Shown one piece after another: positions 47,470 through 57,608 of a stretch of DNA of 64,000 nt (position 1 is its first letter; each line of letters opens with the position of its first letter). The notes beneath the pieces are model-generated. The model was given only the letters and a program-made list of their open reading frames with translations. It did not search any database and was not told the DNA's origin. A program made the translations under genes and the position numbers. Source of the stretch: Alphaproteobacteria bacterium (GTDB lineage Bacteria > Pseudomonadota > Alphaproteobacteria > UBA9219); NCBI GenBank assembly GCA_009779135.1, contig WREW01000004.1, positions 13,448-77,447 on the forward strand, in the 5' to 3' direction.

Positions 47470-48603
47470 TTATCCGACTCCAAACATCTCTTTCACTTTT
47501 TCAAAAAAGCTTTCACTGACGGGGCTGGTTTTGTTGCGCTCGGATTCAAGCGCAAACTCTTCAAGAATCTCTTTTTGCCGTTTGGACAGGCGCGTAGGCG
47601 TTTCCACGGCCAGCTCGACATAAAGATCGCCGCGCATAGAGCTGCGTAAAACACTCATCCCCTTATGGCGCAAACGTACCTGATGGCCTGTTTGCGTACC
47701 GGCTTTAACTTCGACATCGCCGACTTCGCCGTCTATCAAAGGCACCTTCACCTTGCCGCCCAGCGTGGCCATCGTCATGGGAATGGGCACGCGGCAATGA
47801 AGATTAGCCCCGTCACGCTGGAAAAGCGGATGCCCCGCGATTGTCAAAATCACATAAAGATCACCGGCGCTGCCGCCGCGCGCGCCCGCTTCGCCTTCAC
47901 CGGCCAGCCTGATGCGCGTGCCGCTTTCAACGCCTGCGGGAATATTGACAAGCAAAGTGCGCTCCTTGCGCACGCGGCCCGTGCCGTGGCAGTTTTTGCA
48001 AGGATCCTTGATGACTTTACCGGCGCCCTGACAAGTCGGACAGGTACGCTCAATCGCAAAAAAGCCCTGTTGCATGCGCACGCGCCCGCGTCCCGCGCAG
48101 CTTTCGCAATTTTCCGGCGTGGTGCCCGGGGCGCTGCCTTTGCCCTCGCACGCCTCGCAAGGCACATAGGTCGCCACCTTGATGGATTTCTCAAGCCCCT
48201 TGAAAGCTTCTTCAAGCGTAATCGTAAGATCAAAACGCAAATCCGCGCCGCGCAATCCTGCATCCTGCGTCCGCCGTCCGCGCCCACCGCCCAGAATCTC
48301 GCCGAACATCTCCTCGAAAATATCGCCAAAGCTGCCCGAGAAATCAAAGCCCCCCGCGCCGCCCATGCCGCCATTTTCAAAAGCCGAATGTCCATAGCGG
48401 TCATAAGCGGCCCGCTTTTGCTCATCGCGCAAAATATCATAGGCTTCATTGATTTCTTTAAACTTCTGCTCAGCCGTTTTGTCGCCCTGATTTTTGTCAG
48501 GATGATATTTCATCGCCTGCATGCGATAGGCTTTTTTCAGAGTCTCAGACGACGCATCGCGCGAAACGCCCAAAAGTTCGTAATAATCAGCTTTATTGGC
48601 CAC
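47470..48603 (-). CDS. dnaJ: Chaperone DnaJ
   Basis: J domain with HPD, G/F region, four CxxCxGxG. Confidence 0.98.
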   Translation of the reverse strand: MANKADYYELLGVSRDASSETLKKAYRMQAMKYHPDKNQGDKTAEQKFKEINEAYDILRDEQKRAAYDRYGHSAFENGGMGGAGGFDFSGSFGDIFEEMFGEILGGGRGRRTQDAGLRGADLRFDLTITLEEAFKGLEKSIKVATYVPCEACEGKGSAPGTTPENCESCAGRGRVRMQQGFFAIERTCPTCQGAGKVIKDPCKNCHGTGRVRKERTLLVNIPAGVESGTRIRLAGEGEAGARGGSAGDLYVILTIAGHPLFQRDGANLHCRVPIPMTMATLGGKVKVPLIDGEVGDVEVKAGTQTGHQVRLRHKGMSVLRSSMRGDLYVELAVETPTRLSKRQKEILEEFALESERNKTSPVSESFFEKVKEMFGVG

Positions 48604-48612
48604 AGCAAAATC

Positions 48613-50508
48613 CTAGGGCTTGTCTTCCTTGACTTCACTGAACTCTGCATCCACAACGCCCGGATCTTTTTCATGCTCCTGCGCAGCAGGGCCGGCTTCT
48701 TCTTGCTGGGTCTTGTACATGGCCTCGCCGATCTTCATGGCCGCCTGATTGAGGATATCCGTTTTGGTGCGTATGACGCCCGCATCGCCCGAGTCAAGAA
48801 CAGCCCTAAGATCCCCAATAGCCGCTTCAACAGCGCCCCTGTCCGAAGAGCTGACCTTATCGCCCACTTCGGTAAGAGATTTTTCAGTTGCGTGAATCAA
48901 AGCATCCGCATGGTTGCGCGCATCTACGGCTTCGCGGCGTTTTTTATCTTCACCCGCATTGGCTTCCGCCTCCCTGACCATGCGCTGGATGTCGGCATCC
49001 GACAAACCGCCCGAGGCCTGAATGCGGATCTGCTGCTCCTTATTCGTGGCCTTGTCCTTGGCGGTGACATGAACGATGCCGTTGGCGTCAATGTCAAATG
49101 TCACTTCGATCTGAGGAATCCCGCGCGGCGCAGGCGGAATGCCCATCAGATCAAACTGCCCGAGCAGCTTGTTGTCCGCCGCCATCTCCCGCTCGCCTTG
49201 GAAAACACGGATGGTCACGGCATTTTGATTATCGTCCGCAGTTGAGAAAATCTGGCTCTTCTTTGTCGGAATTGTCGTGTTGCGGTCGATCAGACGTGTA
49301 AACACGCCGCCCAGAGTTTCAATACCGAGCGAAAGCGGCGTCACATCCAAAAGAAGAACATCCCGCACGTCGCCCTTGAGAACGCCGCCCTGAATGGCCG
49401 CGCCGACGGCCACAACCTCATCCGGATTAACGCCGCGATGCGGTTCACGTCCGAAGAAAGTCTTGACGGTTTCGATAACCTTGGGCATGCGAGTCATGCC
49501 GCCGACAAGGATAATCTCCTCAATATCGCTGGCCTTGAGACCGGCATCGGCCAAAGCCTTTTTACAAGGCTCCATCGTTCTTTGCAGAAGATCTTCCACA
49601 AGACCCTCAAGTCTGGCGCGGGTCAGCTTGACGCTAAGATGCTTGGGCCCGGATTGATCCGCCGTGATAAAGGGCAGATTGACTTCTGTTTGCACGGAGG
49701 AGGAAAGCTCAATCTTCGCCTTTTCAGCCGCCTCTTTCAAACGCTGCAAAGCAAGCTTGTCCTGACGCAGATCAATGCCTTGTTCTTTTTTAAACTCATC
49801 ACACAGAAAATCAATGATGCGCGCGTCAAAATCCTCACCGCCGAGGAAGGTGTCGCCGTTGGTCGCCTTCACTTCAAACACGCCATCGCCGATTTCAAGG
49901 ATCGAAAGGTCAAACGTGCCGCCGCCAAGATCATAAATGGCCACGGTGCCGGTTTTCTTTTTCTCAAGCCCATAGGCAAGCGCGGCGGCTGTCGGCTCGT
50001 TGATGATGCGCAAAACCTCAAGCCCCGCGATCTTGCCGGCATCCTTGGTCGCCTGACGCTGGCTGTCGTTAAAATAGGCGGGCACGGTGATAACGGCTTG
50101 GGTGACTTTTTCACCCAGATAAGCCTCGGCGGTTTCTTTCATCTTCATCAAAATAAAGGCCGAGATCTCGCTGGGTGAATATTTCTTGCCGGACGTTTCA
50201 ACCCAAGCATCGCCATTGTCGTTTTTGAAAATCTTAAAGGGAACGAGGTTAAGGTCTTTTTGCACCATAGGATCATTAAAGGTGCGCCCGATCAGGCGCT
50301 TGATGGCAAAAAGCGTGTTTTCAGGATTAGTGACGGCTTGCCGTTTGGCGCTCTGGCCCACAAGGCGCTCCCCGCTGGGCGAAAAAGCCACAATCGAAGG
50401 CGTTGTATTCGAGCCTTCCACATTAGGAATCACCTTGGCCGTGGCCCCTTCCATAACGGCCACGCAGGAGTTTGTGGTGCCAAGATCAATGCCGATCACT
50501 TTAGACAT
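48613..50508 (-). CDS. dnaK: Chaperone DnaK
   Basis: [43 protein letters not shown]. Confidence 0.99.
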   Translation of the reverse strand: MSKVIGIDLGTTNSCVAVMEGATAKVIPNVEGSNTTPSIVAFSPSGERLVGQSAKRQAVTNPENTLFAIKRLIGRTFNDPMVQKDLNLVPFKIFKNDNGDAWVETSGKKYSPSEISAFILMKMKETAEAYLGEKVTQAVITVPAYFNDSQRQATKDAGKIAGLEVLRIINEPTAAALAYGLEKKKTGTVAIYDLGGGTFDLSILEIGDGVFEVKATNGDTFLGGEDFDARIIDFLCDEFKKEQGIDLRQDKLALQRLKEAAEKAKIELSSSVQTEVNLPFITADQSGPKHLSVKLTRARLEGLVEDLLQRTMEPCKKALADAGLKASDIEEIILVGGMTRMPKVIETVKTFFGREPHRGVNPDEVVAVGAAIQGGVLKGDVRDVLLLDVTPLSLGIETLGGVFTRLIDRNTTIPTKKSQIFSTADDNQNAVTIRVFQGEREMAADNKLLGQFDLMGIPPAPRGIPQIEVTFDIDANGIVHVTAKDKATNKEQQIRIQASGGLSDADIQRMVREAEANAGEDKKRREAVDARNHADALIHATEKSLTEVGDKVSSSDRGAVEAAIGDLRAVLDSGDAGVIRTKTDILNQAAMKIGEAMYKTQQEEAGPAAQEHEKDPGVVDAEFSEVKEDKP

Positions 50509-50578
50509 GACAAGTTTCCTTTACAATCATAAGTTTAAGCCAGAGCGCCCTTTTTCAAGGTTGCAAGCTTCGCATGTT

Positions 50579-50606
50579 ATATAAGCACAAAATCCCCCGC
50601 TGCAAT
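50579..50606 (-). promoter_or_regulatory. Putative RpoH (sigma32) promoter of dnaKJ
   Basis: Minus strand ATTG-N17-CTTATAT, close to the alphaproteobacterial CTTG-N17-CYTATNT consensus. Confidence 0.6.
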
Positions 50607-50626
50607 GGGGGGCGTCAAGTTTTTAT

Positions 50627-51550
50627 TTATAGCCCCATCAGCGAGCGTGCAAAGTCCCGCGCATCAAAGGGCTGAAGATCCTCAAGCCCCTCACCCACCC
50701 CGATCGCGTAAACAGGGAGTTTAAATTGATCCGCAAGCCCGACCAGAACGCCGCCTTTGGCGCTGCCGTCAAGCTTGGTCACGACAAGGCCCGTCACGGA
50801 AACCAGCTCGCCGAACATTTTCACCTGCGTAAAAGCGTTTTGTCCCGTGGTGGCATCCAAAACAAGCACAACAGCATGCGGCGCGCTGTCATCAAGCTTT
50901 TTAAGGACGCGGCTGATTTTTGAAAGCTCCTCCATCAAATCTTTTTTGTTGTGAAGACGTCCGGCTGTGTCGATCAAAAGAACATCAGTCTTTTCCGCGC
51001 GAGCGCGTTCAAAAGACTGAAACACCAAAGCAGCGGCATCATGGCCCGAAGGCGCCGTCATAACCTCACACCCCGCGCGCTGGCCCCATATCACAAGCTG
51101 CTCCACTGCCGCCGCGCGAAACGTATCGCCCGCCGCGATCTTCACCTTCAGCCCCTGCCCTACATAACGCGCGGCCATTTTGCCGATGGTGGTCGTCTTG
51201 CCCGCGCCATTAACGCCTACAACCAAAACCACAAACGGCTTTTTGCCCTCATCCCGCGCCAAAGGCCGCGCAACATTTTCCAAAAGCGCCGCGATCTGAT
51301 CGGCCAGCCCTTGCCGCACTTCTTGGTCTGTAATAGCCGCACCAAACCGCGCCTTGCCAAAATCCGCAACAAGCCGCGCGGCTGTCGAAGGCCCGAGATC
51401 CGCCTCAATCAAAACATCCTCAAGCGCGGCCAGAGATTCTTCATCAAGCTTTCTTTTGGTAAAAACATCAGCAACCCCGCTTGCGATCTTGTCGCTCGAG
51501 CGGCTTAAACCTTGGCGCAACCGCGCAAGCCATCCTTTTTTGTCTGTCAT
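50627..51550 (-). CDS. ftsY: Signal recognition particle receptor FtsY
   Basis: GVNGAGKTTTIGK, DTFRAAA, DTAGRL, TKLDGSAKGG. Confidence 0.98.
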   Translation of the reverse strand: MTDKKGWLARLRQGLSRSSDKIASGVADVFTKRKLDEESLAALEDVLIEADLGPSTAARLVADFGKARFGAAITDQEVRQGLADQIAALLENVARPLARDEGKKPFVVLVVGVNGAGKTTTIGKMAARYVGQGLKVKIAAGDTFRAAAVEQLVIWGQRAGCEVMTAPSGHDAAALVFQSFERARAEKTDVLLIDTAGRLHNKKDLMEELSKISRVLKKLDDSAPHAVVLVLDATTGQNAFTQVKMFGELVSVTGLVVTKLDGSAKGGVLVGLADQFKLPVYAIGVGEGLEDLQPFDARDFARSLMGL

Positions 51551-52797
51551 AGAACCGTTGCCTTCATTTGAATCCCTTTACGTTCATAGCCGCGCGCCTG
51601 CACAACGTCACCAACTTTCTGCGGACTATCAAAAAGCACTTCCGCAAAGCTTGGCGCACGACCTAGATAGGGCTGCTCGACATGCACGGCGAGCTCCTGT
51701 CCGATCAGCTGCTCAAGATGCAGCTTCACCGCGCGGGTGGATAGGTTTCGCAAATCCTGCGCCCTTGCCTTGCGTACCGCATTTTCAACCTGCCCGCCCA
51801 TACGCGCAGCCGCCGTGCCCGCGCGTGCGGAAAAAGGAAAAACATGGAGCCATGTCAACCCCGCCTCCTTCACAAGCGCCATGGTCTGTGCGTGCATCTG
51901 ATCCGTCTCCCCCGCAAAGCCTGCAATAAGATCCGCGCCGAACACCATATCAGGCCGCAAAGCGCGCGCCCGCTGGCAAAGCTTGATAACATCATCGCGC
52001 TTATGCCGCCTTGCCATGCGGCGCAAAATCTTATCATCCCCTGACTGCACCGACAAATGCCAATGCGGCATAAGCCTCAGCTCCTCCCCCGCCAGCGCCC
52101 AGAGATCCTCATCAATCGCCGCCGGATTGAGCGAGGAAAGGCGCAAACGCTTTAAAGAAGGCACGGCTTTGAGCAAAGCGCGGATCATACCGCCAAGTGT
52201 CGGCGATCCGGAAAGATCCTTTCCGTAAGCGCAAATGTCAACGCCTGTCAGCGTAATTTCAGGATAGCCTTGATCGCAAAGCAAAGCCCCCTGCGCGATC
52301 AAACTTTCAAGCGGGACGGAACGTGATGCGCCACGCCCTTTGGGAACCAGGCAAAAACTGCAACGGTGATCGCAGCCATTCTGCACTTGAACAAAGGCCC
52401 TTGTCATACCCTCAAACCCCTGAACAAGAGGCATAGGCGGCAAAGCTTCCTGCGCAAGCGCAGATATATGCACCCGCCGCTCACGCAGATTCTGCCATGT
52501 GGCAAGATCCATCTTCACATCATTGCCAAGAACATGATCCACCTCGGGCATAGCGGCGTAAGCTTGCGGATGAATCTGCGCCGCGCAGCCCGTCACCACC
52601 ACGCAAGCCGAAGGCCTTGCGCGGCGCGCTTTGCGAATAGCCTGACGTGTTTGCTTTTCCGCCTGTCCTGTTACGGCGCAGCTATTGATGACCACAATAT
52701 CGCGCAACTCCGCCTGCGCCAGATGGCGGCGCATAACTTCGGATTCATAAATATTCAAACGGCATCCCAGCGTTATAAGTGCGGGTTCTTCGGGCAT
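51547..52797 (-). CDS. mtaB: tRNA N6-threonylcarbamoyladenosine methylthiotransferase
   Basis: TLGCRLN, INSCAVT, CxxxCxxC (GCDHRCSFC), TRAM-like end; upstream of ftsY. Confidence 0.92.
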   Translation of the reverse strand: MPEEPALITLGCRLNIYESEVMRRHLAQAELRDIVVINSCAVTGQAEKQTRQAIRKARRARPSACVVVTGCAAQIHPQAYAAMPEVDHVLGNDVKMDLATWQNLRERRVHISALAQEALPPMPLVQGFEGMTRAFVQVQNGCDHRCSFCLVPKGRGASRSVPLESLIAQGALLCDQGYPEITLTGVDICAYGKDLSGSPTLGGMIRALLKAVPSLKRLRLSSLNPAAIDEDLWALAGEELRLMPHWHLSVQSGDDKILRRMARRHKRDDVIKLCQRARALRPDMVFGADLIAGFAGETDQMHAQTMALVKEAGLTWLHVFPFSARAGTAAARMGGQVENAVRKARAQDLRNLSTRAVKLHLEQLIGQELAVHVEQPYLGRAPSFAEVLFDSPQKVGDVVQARGYERKGIQMKATVL

Positions 52798-52822
52798 AGC
52801 CTTTTACTTAATGTTTTTGTTT

Positions 52823-53395
52823 TTAACGTTGTGCCACCTGAGGCCAATCTTCACGTCTTTCATCATCCATAGCATAAAAAGAGCTTGTTGCCGCGCCTGT
52901 TTTCTCAACCTGAGCCTCGGCAGGCGTTTGCTCTTCCTTGACCGCAGCAACAGGAGCCGCCGCTGCGGCCACCGGAGATCCCATCAACTGCCCGTCAGGC
53001 GTATAGTAATTGGACGGCACATCAGGCTGCTGCGAAGTAAAGGAAGTTGGCCCGCCGCCGCCGCGCTGGCGTTGCTCGGCCAAAGCCGCTTCCTCGATCG
53101 CCTCGGTAATACGATAATAATGCTCGGCATGCTGGCGGTAATTTTCCGCCATCACGCGGTCGCCCGCGCTTTGCGCATCCCGCGCCAGAAGCTGGTATTT
53201 CTCATAAACCTGCCAAGCATTGCCGCGCACGCGCACATCAGGGCCGTTGCTGTCAAAAGTCTGATGACGCAAAGCTGCAGCTGAACGAACCCTGCCGCCG
53301 CCTGCGGGAGGAGCCTTACCCTCACCACGTCCGCCTTCGCTTCCGTTATTGTGACGACCACGCGGGCGCCGTGCGCCAGGACCACCTTGTCTCAT
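52823..53395 (-). CDS. DUF4167 domain protein
   Basis: FDSNGPDVRVRGNAWQVYEKYQLLARDA...ENYRQHAEHYYR. Confidence 0.92.
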   Translation of the reverse strand: MRQGGPGARRPRGRHNNGSEGGRGEGKAPPAGGGRVRSAAALRHQTFDSNGPDVRVRGNAWQVYEKYQLLARDAQSAGDRVMAENYRQHAEHYYRITEAIEEAALAEQRQRGGGGPTSFTSQQPDVPSNYYTPDGQLMGSPVAAAAAPVAAVKEEQTPAEAQVEKTGAATSSFYAMDDERREDWPQVAQR

Positions 53396-53587
53396 GCTAT
53401 TTTCCTTATATTGAAACGGTTACCATATCTTTTTGGCTTTGCTTGGCGTGGTTTCTTTAAATCCACCCAAAGTCTCAGGCGGTCGCCTTATAGGCTTGTC
53501 CCGCTACCGCTCTTAGGCGGTTCATGCAAAAGCTTCCTATTATTAACGCATCTTAACGTCAAGAACAATAGTTTTCTTTACCATATT

Positions 53588-54883
53588 TCAAGAAGGGGCA
53601 ACGGGAGGGTGGACAAGAACCTGATCCACACGCCTTGCGTCCATATCTACGACCTCAAAACGGGCCTCATGCCACATAAAATGGTCGCCAGCCGAGGGGA
53701 TACGTCCAAGCTGATCGATCACAAAGCCCGCCAGCGTGTGATAATCGCCCTCCCCGCGCATATTTTTCATGCCGATAATGGTCTCGACCTTGTCGATGGG
53801 CATCAGCCCGTCAATCAGCCAGCTGCCATCTTCCCTGCGGAAGGCCAGCTCATCATCATCCTGCCCGCTTTCGGGCAAAGCGCCGGTAATGGCCTCGAGA
53901 ATATCCGTGGTGGTGACAAGCCCCTGAACAGAGCCATATTCGTCAATAATAATGGCAATATGCTGATCCATATTGCGGAACATATCCAAAAGACGCAACA
54001 CGGAAGTCGTATCAGGCACCAAAACGGGAGGCCGCATAATCCCCGCAATATCCAAGGGCTTTCCCGACAAAATGGCATTCAGCAGGTCTTTGGCATGAAC
54101 AACACCCAAAACCGCTTCCATATCGCCGCGCGCAACGGGGATGCGACTGTAGCCGCTGGCGATGATTTCCTTGATATGTTCGCCCGTTCCATCCTCGATG
54201 CCCATCCAGATCATATTGATGCGCGGCGTCATGATCGAGCGCACATTCCAATCCGACACCCGCATCACGCCTTCAATCATTTCTTTTTCAGCGGGTTTAA
54301 AGACGCCTTTTTCCGTGCCCTCGGCGATCAGATCCTTGACTTCTTCTTCCGTCACGACCATGTCCTGAGTCTTGTTCAGATATAAAAGAGCAATCACAAG
54401 ATTTGTCGAAACCTTCAAAATCCAAACCAGCGGCGCGGTCATACGCGCAAAAAACGCCATGATGCCGGCAATGCGCACGGCGATCGTCTCGGCATAAATC
54501 AAGCCGAGTTTTTTAGGAACAAGCTCGCCGAGCACAAGATTTAAATAGCTCACGCCGAAAACAGTAATGACAAAGGACAGCGCCGCCGCATAAGGCGCAA
54601 GCCACCCTATGCGGGATAATTGTTCAGCCAAAGTCCCCGCCCAAGTGGCCCCTGAAAAAGCGCCGATCAAAATACTGTTGAGGGTCATGCCGATCTGCGC
54701 AATGGAAAGAAACGTCCCCGGATCTTCCATCATCGAAAGAGCCAGACGCGCGCCACGGCTTTTCTGATCCTCGGCCATCTGGCGCAACCGCACGCGCCGC
54801 GCCGAGACCAGAGCAAGCTCCGCCATCGCAAAGAACCCGTTCAGCAACAAAAGTATGGAAAGGATAAGGATATTCACAAGCAT
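53588..54883 (-). CDS. HlyC/CorC (CNNM-CBS) family membrane protein
   Basis: LNGFFAMAELALVSAR, GELVPK, IMTPR, CBS pair, DEYGSVQGLVT, CorC-HlyC domain; start trimmed to ATG 54883. Confidence 0.93.
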   Translation of the reverse strand: MLVNILILSILLLLNGFFAMAELALVSARRVRLRQMAEDQKSRGARLALSMMEDPGTFLSIAQIGMTLNSILIGAFSGATWAGTLAEQLSRIGWLAPYAAALSFVITVFGVSYLNLVLGELVPKKLGLIYAETIAVRIAGIMAFFARMTAPLVWILKVSTNLVIALLYLNKTQDMVVTEEEVKDLIAEGTEKGVFKPAEKEMIEGVMRVSDWNVRSIMTPRINMIWMGIEDGTGEHIKEIIASGYSRIPVARGDMEAVLGVVHAKDLLNAILSGKPLDIAGIMRPPVLVPDTTSVLRLLDMFRNMDQHIAIIIDEYGSVQGLVTTTDILEAITGALPESGQDDDELAFRREDGSWLIDGLMPIDKVETIIGMKNMRGEGDYHTLAGFVIDQLGRIPSAGDHFMWHEARFEVVDMDARRVDQVLVHPPVAPS

Positions 54884-54965
54884 CGTGTGTTTTCTCAAAA
54901 GCCTCCTAGGCGCTATTGTTTTTATAACAGGAACGCACCATAATGCAATGAGAGAAAGGGAAAAA

Positions 54966-56672
54966 ATGGCCACAGGCGCGCGCGAACGGTTTGAAAGGTT
55001 AATGGCCCTTGCGCAAACGGGCGACCTTGAAGGCGCGCAAAAAGCCATCGCGGCGGCGCTGCGCGTCAGCCCCAAAGACCCCAACATCCTGCATCTGGCC
55101 GCGCAGCTTGAGGAAATGAGGGGCCAGAACGCGCGTGCCATCATGTTCTACCGCCGCGCCCGCCGCGCGCATCCGCATTGGTTTGAAGCAGGCATGAATC
55201 TCGCGCGCCTGCTGATAAAGGGCGAGGACACGAGCGAGGCCGCAGCTGTTTTGAAAGAAATCGCCCAAACTCACCCCGCAAGGCCGGAGCCTTTAAGGGC
55301 GCTGGCAGGCTTTTTACAGCAGAAAAACGAACTTCCTCAAGCCGCGCGTTATTGGGAGCTTTATCTAAAGCTTCAAAAAGATGACGCAGCCGCTTGGGGC
55401 CAATATCTTTTTTGTTGCAGACAAATGTGTGTTTGGGATCACATAGAAACCCCGTCCGCGCTGTCTTTGCCGCCGCAAACTGCCGTCATTTTCAGCGATG
55501 ATCCTGTCTGGCAAAAAGATATGGCGGAAAAAGAAATCGCAAGGCGCTTTGCGGACATCAAACCCTTGGCACCGGCGAAAAGCTTCCATCACGAAAGAAA
55601 GCGCATCGGCTATCTCTCATCCGATTTTCACGCGCACGCCACAAGCTGGCTTGTGGCCGAGCTGTTTGAGCTTCACGACCGCAGCCATTTTGAAGTCTAT
55701 GTCTATAGCTACGGCATTGAAGATCATTCCCCCATTCGCGCAAGACTTCAAAAAGCCGCAGATCATTTTATCACGCTGGGCGCGCTGACCGCCGCGCAAA
55801 GCGCGCAAAAAATTGCCGAAGATGAAATCGACATACTGATTGATCTGAAAGGCCACACGCAAGGCGCACACTTAGATATTCTGGCCCACCGCCCTGCGCA
55901 GACGCAACTGCACTGGCTTGGTTTTCCGGGCACGACAGGCTCTTCTTTTATAGATGGCTTTATCGGCGACTCCGTCACCATCCCGCAAGGGCAGGAGATT
56001 TATTTCACCGAGCGCGTTTTAAGAATGCCCCACAGCTACCAAATCAACGATAGGCAAAAACACGCCGCCGAACCTCTGACGCGCAGCGCTTACGGCCTGC
56101 CCGAAGATGCTTTGATTCTGGCCAACTTCAACCAAAGCTACAAAATCACGCCGGACATTTTTGATCTTTGGTGCGCGATTTTGAAAGAAAGGCCGCGGAC
56201 GGTGCTTTGGCTCTACGAAGCCAATCCCTTCATGCCGCTTAATCTCAAAAAGGAAGCGCAAAAGCGCGAAGTCGATCCCGCGCGCCTGATCTTCGCTAAA
56301 CCTTTGGGCCAGCAAGAGCATCTTGCGCGTTACAACCATGCGGATCTTGTGCTGGATACGTTCCATATTGGCGGCCATACCACAACCAGCGATGCTTTAT
56401 GGATGGGCGTCCCTGTGGTCTGTCTGAAAGGAAAAAGCTTCATCAGCCGCGTTGCCGCAAGCCTTCTTGAAGCCGCAAATCTCAAGGAACTGGTCACGAC
56501 AAATATGGACGACTACAAAAACCTCATCCTCGCGCTGATTGATGACAGAGAGCGCCTCAAGACGCTAACATCCACCCTTCAAAAAACCCGCACAACCCTC
56601 CCCCTCTTCAACACCCCGCGCTTTGTGCATGATTTCGAAGCTTTGCTTTTAGACCGCCTTAAAGAAAATTAA
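54966..56672 (+). CDS. TPR-containing GT41 glycosyltransferase (O-GlcNAc transferase-like)
   Basis: TPRs; RIGYLSSDFHAHAT, IDLKGHT, WLGFPGTTG, ANFNQSYKI, LDTF..GGHTT.SDALW.GVPV. Confidence 0.9.
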   Translation: MATGARERFERLMALAQTGDLEGAQKAIAAALRVSPKDPNILHLAAQLEEMRGQNARAIMFYRRARRAHPHWFEAGMNLARLLIKGEDTSEAAAVLKEIAQTHPARPEPLRALAGFLQQKNELPQAARYWELYLKLQKDDAAAWGQYLFCCRQMCVWDHIETPSALSLPPQTAVIFSDDPVWQKDMAEKEIARRFADIKPLAPAKSFHHERKRIGYLSSDFHAHATSWLVAELFELHDRSHFEVYVYSYGIEDHSPIRARLQKAADHFITLGALTAAQSAQKIAEDEIDILIDLKGHTQGAHLDILAHRPAQTQLHWLGFPGTTGSSFIDGFIGDSVTIPQGQEIYFTERVLRMPHSYQINDRQKHAAEPLTRSAYGLPEDALILANFNQSYKITPDIFDLWCAILKERPRTVLWLYEANPFMPLNLKKEAQKREVDPARLIFAKPLGQQEHLARYNHADLVLDTFHIGGHTTTSDALWMGVPVVCLKGKSFISRVAASLLEAANLKELVTTNMDDYKNLILALIDDRERLKTLTSTLQKTRTTLPLFNTPRFVHDFEALLLDRLKEN

Positions 56673-56689
56673 GACAGCGCGAACTTCTC

Positions 56690-57343
56690 TTATTGTAAAT
56701 TGTCAAATTTGCCGCCACTGGAAAGGGCAAAACATCCAAAAATGGACGGAAAGCTACCCGTACTGTCGGCAACAGCCGAGTCTGAGTAACCAACCATCAT
56801 ATTACTTAGCACATACGGCACAGCACCAGCAGGGCAACTGCATCTTCCCGTGACGGGATTGGGGGCGACACAACATATACTATTACCCTTCCCATAAGAG
56901 TAAGACCATAACTGCTTTATTGCTTGAAACTCCGCAAGCGAAAGCATTGTAGAACATGTATCAACACCTGTACCCACACCAATGCTGCTCATAAGCGCGA
57001 TTCTAAACATGGAACCCCCGCCGCCTGTCGCCGTGGCGCAAACAGGTTGGCCGGCTTCAATGCCTTGCAATGTCTGTCCATCAGTGCACTTCATATTGCC
57101 GATGGAGTTTTGTTTCCAGTAATATGTTGTCCCATCTGATCCCGCAAGACAGGCCAGAATGTTTTTCTTGTCAAAATCAAGCAGCGTAACGCCCCTCTGC
57201 ATCGGATCGCAGGACTTTCCGATACAAATCTCTTTTCTTGGATCACAAGGTGCCGTCTGGGCCTGCGCCTCACCCGCTATGGGGCGGGTGGTAAAAATCA
57301 AAACAGCCGTAAGGGCCAAAAAACCAAGGTTATGGCGAGGCAT
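56690..57343 (-). CDS. Hypothetical exported Cys-rich protein sharing an N-terminal module with 46549..47466
   Basis: Signal peptide after AAGGAG RBS; GKSC...G.TLLD.D..NILACL...WKQ; CCVAPNPVTGRCSCPAG. Confidence 0.75.
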   Translation of the reverse strand: MPRHNLGFLALTAVLIFTTRPIAGEAQAQTAPCDPRKEICIGKSCDPMQRGVTLLDFDKKNILACLAGSDGTTYYWKQNSIGNMKCTDGQTLQGIEAGQPVCATATGGGGSMFRIALMSSIGVGTGVDTCSTMLSLAEFQAIKQLWSYSYGKGNSICCVAPNPVTGRCSCPAGAVPYVLSNMMVGYSDSAVADSTGSFPSIFGCFALSSGGKFDNLQ

Positions 57344-57420
57344 GGGAAGCTCCTTTGATAGAGAAAAATGATGCATTCACTTATACACAAAAAGCTTAAG
57401 AAAAACTTTCTACCCCCTCT

Positions 57421-57592
57421 TGTCATCCTCGTGGCTTGCCTGCCGACAGGCAGGCAAGAGCACGGGGATCTGACGGTAGGGAAACGTGAGTCGAGCGTCA
57501 GATCCCCGGTTCAACCGCTTCGCGGTTGACCGAGGATGACAAAGGAAAGACAGAAAAGCGCCCCATCCAGCGGAAAGCACCGAGGATGACAA
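57421..57592. repeat. Family-A repeat (57421-57541, reverse orientation) with an inserted hairpin, plus an extra right end (57581-57592)
   Basis: TGTCATCCTCG...CGAGGATGACA; GGGGATCTGAC-22 nt-GTCAGATCCCC; CTTGCCTGCC-GACA-GGCAGGCAAG. Confidence 0.9.
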
Positions 57593-57608
57593 GAAAGGGA
57601 AAAGAAGA

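Noticed and set aside
47665-49245. Long opposite-strand or alternative-frame ORFs (e.g. 47665..49245, 62120..63892, 33194..34624, 29912..31306, 28759..29751, 14552..15478)
   Set aside because: They are shadows of well-supported genes (dnaJ/dnaK, guaA, glpX/recJ, aminopeptidase, recA, Ig protein), as expected from GC-rich codon bias, and show no protein motifs.
57410-57592. Short ORFs and N-terminal extensions made of repeat sequence (57410..57592, 28477..28755, 61529..61767, queH extension to 39951)
   Set aside because: The translations come from the palindromic elements (CHPR/VIAR-type peptides) and have no independent coding evidence.
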